DNA of 63,165 bases, the filler included, from Octopus bimaculoides (Eukaryota), in the NCBI RefSeq assembly GCF_001194135.2. It is 6 parts of 6 records of this genome, joined end to end, with 100 filler letters (N's around TTAATTAATTAA, not from the genome) between each part and the next. Parts side by side here need not be neighbours in the genome. Positions count along the whole stretch, not along the records: positions 53,876 to 57,930 come from NW_026337435.1; positions 58,031 to 60,180 come from NC_068989.1; positions 60,281 to 63,165 come from NC_069006.1; 3 more parts are not named here. One strand, written 5' to 3'. The translations under genes and the position numbers were made by a program. Below, piece by piece: positions 57,092 through 63,165 of this stretch (position 1 is the first letter of the stretch; each line of letters opens with the position of its first letter). Under the pieces are notes generated by a model. That model saw only the letters and a list, made by a program, of their open reading frames with translations, made no database searches and was not told the origin of the DNA.

Positions 57092-57395
57092 GATAGATAG
57101 ATAGATAGATATAGGGACAGAATCAGAGAGAAAGAAAGAGAGAGAATGATGTGAGCAGAAGTGTGGTGGGGAGATCTGTTTGGCTTTGTGACGGGGAAAT
57201 ATGATGAGGGCTAAGAGACCGGGTTGTTAGTAAACAGCGAATAGCTGAACGATTAGACTATTGAAACGGCAGAGCGGAGTTAATTGCCCGACCAATCACA
57301 GTAGCTTGAACAGAACGAAATTCTTCGTTTCTATAGGATTGTTTCGTTCTTAGATGTTGTCATTCGTCAAATATTTCTATAGGAAGTAACAATGT

Positions 57396-57500
<105 letters not shown>

Positions 57501-57674
57501 AATGCGCGCGTGTTTGTCTGTATGTGTGAATGGGTGTGTGCATACATATTGGTGTGTGTATGTGTGTATATATACAAATGTGTGTATATATACAAATGTG
57601 TGTTTACAAATAGATATATGCATGTATTGTAGTATATTTATACACATGTGTATGCTTCAGTAATTGTGTGATAG

Positions 57675-57712
<38 letters not shown>

Positions 57713-57848
57713 ATATTTATGCGTATGCAATAGACATATGTAGCTATATGCATATATGTAACAATATATATATACACACACATACATTTCATACGCATGT
57801 GTATTATATACATGTGTTTATATATATATATCATATATATATATGTAA

Positions 57849-57930
<82 letters not shown>

Positions 57931-58050
57931 NNNNNNNNNNNNNNNNNNNNNNNNNNNNNNNNNNNNNNNNNNNNTTAATTAATTAANNNNNNNNNNNNNN
58001 NNNNNNNNNNNNNNNNNNNNNNNNNNNNNNATATATATATATATATATAG

Positions 58051-59088
58051 TGATACGGACCGCTGAAAGACAAAATAATATTATGTCCCTATTCCCCGAG
58101 CTGGGTTTTGAAACTGTATTCTGGTTGTTGAGGACAATGGTATTTCCTTTGTTCTGTTATTTTTAGCGTAGGAGTGATCGGCGACCCTTTCCGGTCACCG
58201 AAAGTTCAGAAAAACAAGTTAAGGAATTGTACTGAACTGACCCAGCTTTGGAGGGGGTAAAGTAGCACTGTTGAGCTACGGTATTTGTGATAAATACGAC
58301 AGCGAGATTTGGGGACGGGAAGTTGGCGAGAGCAGTTGGCATCGAGCAGTTGGCCAGAGCAGTTGGCGTACGGAGTTGGTGGACGGCAGTTGGATGAAGA
58401 ACGAGAGCCAGTGAAGATGAACAGTGATAAGTCTGACCGAGAGAGGCCGAGAGAGAGAGCCTATGGTCAGCAGGTACGAGTCAGCAGAAATGCATAGAGT
58501 CTCAGAGAGATGGAACTGTGTGACAGGCAAAAGATTGTAGTTGGTCACTTCTTGTGATTGTAGTGGGATATTTGAAGGAAAGGAAATTCTTGCGGTAAAG
58601 GTTTGTGTATATTTCTTTGAAGAAAAGTGTACTTGTCGTTACATGTTTTAAAAGAAAAAGAGATTTCGTTAATTGTGATGTTAACGGGTGGAAAAGAAAA
58701 AGAAAGAACTTTGTTGTGTCATGTTGTCCAAAGAAAAGAAAAAAAAAAGAAGTAGAAGAACTTTTAATTGACTTGATATACGAACTCTTGAATGTAAACT
58801 TTGATTATGCAATGTTCTGAAACCTTTGTTAAACGTTATTTGAATTATTATGCAATGTTTTATTTTGATGATGATGATGTATTGGTTTGATGTAAAAAGA
58901 AAAGAAGTTAGTTTCACTACGCAACGCATGGTCTCCGTGTTATTTCTTCCTCCTTTTGCCTGTTGTCATCGTTACGTGCTCCGGCTGGGCTTAGTCGTGG
59001 CGAACATCCCGACTCACTGAGCGTCGACGTTCGCGCGGGCGCGAATTTTCTCTTTGTCGAGGTGCTTCGCGTGCGGGCGTTCGTAACA
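58051..59088. mobile_element. Probable solo LTR (about 1.04 kb) in a TA microsatellite
   Basis: Termini TGATACG...CGTAACA (6/7 inverted match, TG..CA), AT-repeat flanks, internal GCAGTTGG repeats, no ORF of note. Confidence 0.55.
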
Positions 59089-59140
59089 ATATATATTTGT
59101 TTTGCAAGATTCTTGATGTGAAATCGTGTGTTGAAACGGA

Positions 59141-59255
59141 TATTGTTGTATTTGGGGATGGTCATATTGCCAGCTTAGCCAATGAAAACACAAATATAGT
59201 GCGTGTGTTTTTATTGGCTAAACTGGCAACGTGATCATCCCCAAATACAGCAATA
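59141..59255. repeat. 115-bp TA-flanked foldback (MITE-like)
   Basis: 52-bp arms with 6 transition mismatches, 11-nt loop. Confidence 0.85.
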
Positions 59256-59888
59256 TATATANNNNNNNNNNNNNNNNNNNNNNNNNNNNNNNNNNNNNNN
59301 NNNNNNNNNNNNNNNNNNNNNNNNNNNNNNNNNNNNNNNNNNNNNNNNNNNNNNNNNNNNNNNNNNNNNNNNNNNNNNNNNNNNNNNNNNNNNNNNNNNN
59401 NNNNNNNNNNNNNNNNNNNNNNNNNNNNNNNNNNNNNNNNNNNNNNNNNNNNNNNNNNNNNNNNNNNNNNNNNNNNNNNNNNNNNNNNNNNNNNNNNNNN
59501 NNNNNNNNNNNNNNNNNNNNNNNNNNNNNNNNNNNNNNNNNNNNNNNNNNNNNNNNNNNNNNNNNNNNNNNNNNNNNNNNNNNNNNNNNNNNNNNNNNNN
59601 NNNNNNNNNNNNNNNNNNNNNNNNNNNNNNNNNNNNNNNNNNNNNNNNNNNNNNNNNNNNNNNNNNNNNNNNNNNNNNNNNNNNNNNNNNNNNNNNNNNN
59701 NNNNNNNNNNNNNNNNNNNNNNNNNNNNNNNNNNNNNNNNNNNNNNNNNNNNNNNNNNNNNNNNNNNNNNNNNNNNNNNNNNNNNNNNNNNNNNNNNNNN
59801 NNNNNNNNNNNNNNNNNNNNNNNNNNNNNNNNNNNNNNNNNNNNNNNNNNNNNNNNNNNNNNNNNNNNNNNNNNNNNNNNNNNNNNNN

Positions 59889-59937
<49 letters not shown>

Positions 59938-60126
59938 CATACACACACAGACACACACGCAAACACTCACATACGCATACACACACACGCTCGCCTTGGA
60001 TTGGCGAAGTACTTCAAGAATTCCTTGAAGTATTACCAATCATTTCTTCGTTAACCAACTCGATTACTAGCCAGGTTCCTGCATGAAGTGCTATTGAAGT
60101 GATCGCCTGGATTTTACTAACTCGTT

Positions 60127-60180
<54 letters not shown>

Positions 60181-60280
60181 NNNNNNNNNNNNNNNNNNNN
60201 NNNNNNNNNNNNNNNNNNNNNNNNTTAATTAATTAANNNNNNNNNNNNNNNNNNNNNNNNNNNNNNNNNNNNNNNNNNNN

Positions 60281-60340
<60 letters not shown>

Positions 60341-61583
60341 ACCCTAACCCTAACCCCTCACGCCATTTCTTTCTATCTCTCAGTCTCCCTCACTCGGAAA
60401 CAACCGCGTGAATGTCTCCCACCTTAAAGCATACACTCTCCGATGCCGCAATCTCTCAGTTTGAATATTACTCAATTGTACGCAAACCAGGTCTACGCCT
60501 CGATGGCTTTAGTTGCCTATCAGGCATAAACACCACCAACATCTCCACCACAAGTCATAACAATCCACTTCAAATCGATTTTCGCTTCCAACTGTGGCAA
60601 GTTCACCAAAAACACCACATTAAAATCAGTGTGAGAACATCTACATCATCGCTTGAGCCACAGTTAGAAATGAAATCTCTAGAAATTTTAACAGTTTAAT
60701 TATAATTCTTAATCCCAATACAAAAAAAGATGTTTCACCAAAGTTTTTCCAGAATGACCGCACCATATCAATGCAGTTAATTTCTATAAGGGAGTGAATA
60801 TTTAAAACACAACGAATAAAATTACACACCCCCAAACAGTGCATACCAAAGCTAGAATAGATATTTTACAACACTAATAGTAAAGATTCTCGTACAATAA
60901 AGATTCTCGTATATTCCATCTTTCATTTAATGCACACATACATATATATAATCAACAGTCCATCAGGGACAGCAAAAAGGGCTTCTGTTGCCAGTAGCAT
61001 TTGAAAGAATTAGCATTTAAAAAAAGCAAGTCGTGGGAGTAAATTAAATGATAATCGAAAAATGCAAAACAACAGAAACTGCGGTAAAATCTGCATTTTA
61101 TGTATGGCTGATAAAAGCTTTTATATGAAGTTTTTATCAGCTTCATATGAAAATATCCCACACAAAACCTCAGAAACTTACGTTTTGGCCCTTGTTCATC
61201 GGAGATAGAAGGATATTATATTTGCATTTTAACACATTGCAAATAATATGAACATATAATATTGAATTTTTTTGATTCGACATTTGTTTCCTAGCTTCCA
61301 GTCCTAATAGAACCTTGACTTAAGATATTCTACAAATTACACCCATATACCCACCCACATACCTATTTTACTACATGTCTCTTCCTTACATATATCTGCT
61401 CACAAACTTTATATCTAAGTATTTGTCTGCACTTATCTATCTACCTGCCTATTTATCTATTGGTCATCGATCGATTTCCTTACCTACCTACCTACTGACA
61501 CCCTTAGTACACGTCTCGTTATGCATCAATATGTCAATATTTCTATGCACCCCATTTAACATCTCAGTATGAATCCGCCGTTA

Positions 61584-62050
61584 AAATGGCGAGATAGTCG
61601 AAACGTTAGCACGCCGGGCAAAATGCTTAGCGGTATTTCGTCTGCCGTTACGTTCTGAGTTCTAATTCCAGCGAGGTCGACTTTGCCTTTCATCCTTTCG
61701 GGGTCGATAAATTAAATACCATTTAAGCACTGAGGTCGATGCAATCAACTTAATCACTTCGTCTGTCCTTGTTTGTCTCCTCTATGCTTAGCCCCTTNNN
61801 NNNNNNNNNNNNNNNNNNNNNNNNNNNNNNNNNNNNNNNNNNNNNNNNNNNNNNNNNNNNNNNNNNNNNNNNNNNNNNNNNNNNNNNNNNNNNNNNNNNN
61901 NNNNNNNNNNNNNNNNNNNNNNNNNNNNNNNNNNNNNNNNNNNNNNNNNNGTGGGCAATAAAGAAATAAGAAAAGTTAACACGCCGGACAAAATGGTAAG
62001 CGGTATTACGTCCGTCTTTATTTCCTGAATTTCAATTCCGGCGACGACAA
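61584..62050 (+). mobile_element. SINE family A split by an N gap, followed by a partial second copy
   Basis: ...tagccccctt|N|gtgggcaataaagaaat is contiguous in the 9828-10060 copy. Confidence 0.85.
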
Positions 62051-62074
62051 CTTGTCCGGCATTCGCCATGTGTG

Positions 62075-62215
62075 TGTGTGTGTGCATATGTGTTCTTCTT
62101 TCAGTTTCTTTCAGCTTCCGTCTACCAAATCCACTCACAAAGCTTTGCTCGGCCCGAGCCTATAGTACAAGACACTTGCCCAAAGTGCCACGCAATGGGA
62201 CTGAACACGGAACTG
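62075..62215 (-). mobile_element. SINE family B head
   Basis: ccgtctaccaaatccactcacaaagc...gacacttgcccaaagtgccacgc. Confidence 0.8.
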
Positions 62216-62312
62216 CAGGACAAACAATGTGCATGCGCGAAATTAAAAATATAACATAGCGACAATTTACCCATTGTACACTGTATATATATATATATAT
62301 ATATACACACAC

Positions 62313-62343
<31 letters not shown>

Positions 62344-62537
62344 ATTATCTGTGTGTGGGTTTGTGGGTTTATTTTTGTGTATATATATATTAGGTACTTA
62401 CGTATGTATCTATGCAAACATACATGTAGAAATAGTTATAATGATTCATACGCGTGTGCCTCCCTGTGTGTGAGCATGTGCACGTGATCGTGTGCGCGTG
62501 AGTGCGTGTGTTTGTGAGTGCGTGTGTGCATATTTAC

Positions 62538-62590
<53 letters not shown>

Positions 62591-63042
62591 TATGTATTGA
62601 TTTCTAATTCCACTCACACGTTTACCTTAAAGGAGGACGTTTTCGCATGATTGACGACATTGGATGAAGAATTGCCTGGTATTTTGGCAATGTTAAACAT
62701 CGGCACTAAGAAATGATTTTATCTGATGCATATCAATATAAATACATCCATGCACACACACCCACACACACACACATACACACATACACAAACACATATA
62801 TAATAGATAGATATATATATATGTGTGTGTACATATATGTGTGGGTATGTATGTATGTATGTATGTATGCATGTATGTATGCGTGTATTGTTTAGGTGTT
62901 TGACTAGCAGGAATAAGGGGAACACATAAAAAGGGACAATAACATATATATAAGAAAAAAAAATATGAAATATACTGCAAGGGAAAAACCGTTTCAAACG
63001 TATAAATATTTGAATGAAAAACAAAAACAGTATCGACGTTGG

Positions 63043-63079
<37 letters not shown>

Positions 63080-63165
63080 ACACACATGCACACACACACA
63101 CACATATATGTATATATATGTATATATATATATTTATACATATATATATTTACGCATATATATAT

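Noticed and set aside
60412-60699. 95-aa non-repetitive ORF
   Set aside because: No recognisable motif, splice context or start context. Within chance expectation.

Overview
Eukaryotic, AT-rich, microsatellite-dense draft assembly. The SINE/LINE/mariner repertoire and repeat density suggest Octopus (inference). The one host gene I can support is on the minus strand and was assembled by hand from splice sites: a signal-peptide exon (16556-16652) followed by 11 consecutive exons (12766 down to 350), each encoding one divergent CCP/Sushi domain. All introns are GT-AG and phase 1, the joined frame is open for about 747 codons, and the gene runs off the left edge. The domains share an unusual signature: His 8 residues before Cys2, loss of the usual Gly, long variable loops and three surplus Cys. 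A TATA plus TTACGTAA promoter candidate lies at about 17.55 kb. The remaining 45 kb is repeats: three tRNA-type SINE families, RTE LINE ends, R4/Dong-type LINE fragments, mariner and Tc1-like relics, a probable solo LTR, foldback hairpins and cryptic minisatellites. CpG content and TE composition switch sharply at about 27.9 kb, at one of five artificial 100-bp N44-TTAATTAATTAA-N44 linkers, so adjacency across those points is unproven. Most long ORFs in the track are microsatellite or N-gap artefacts.
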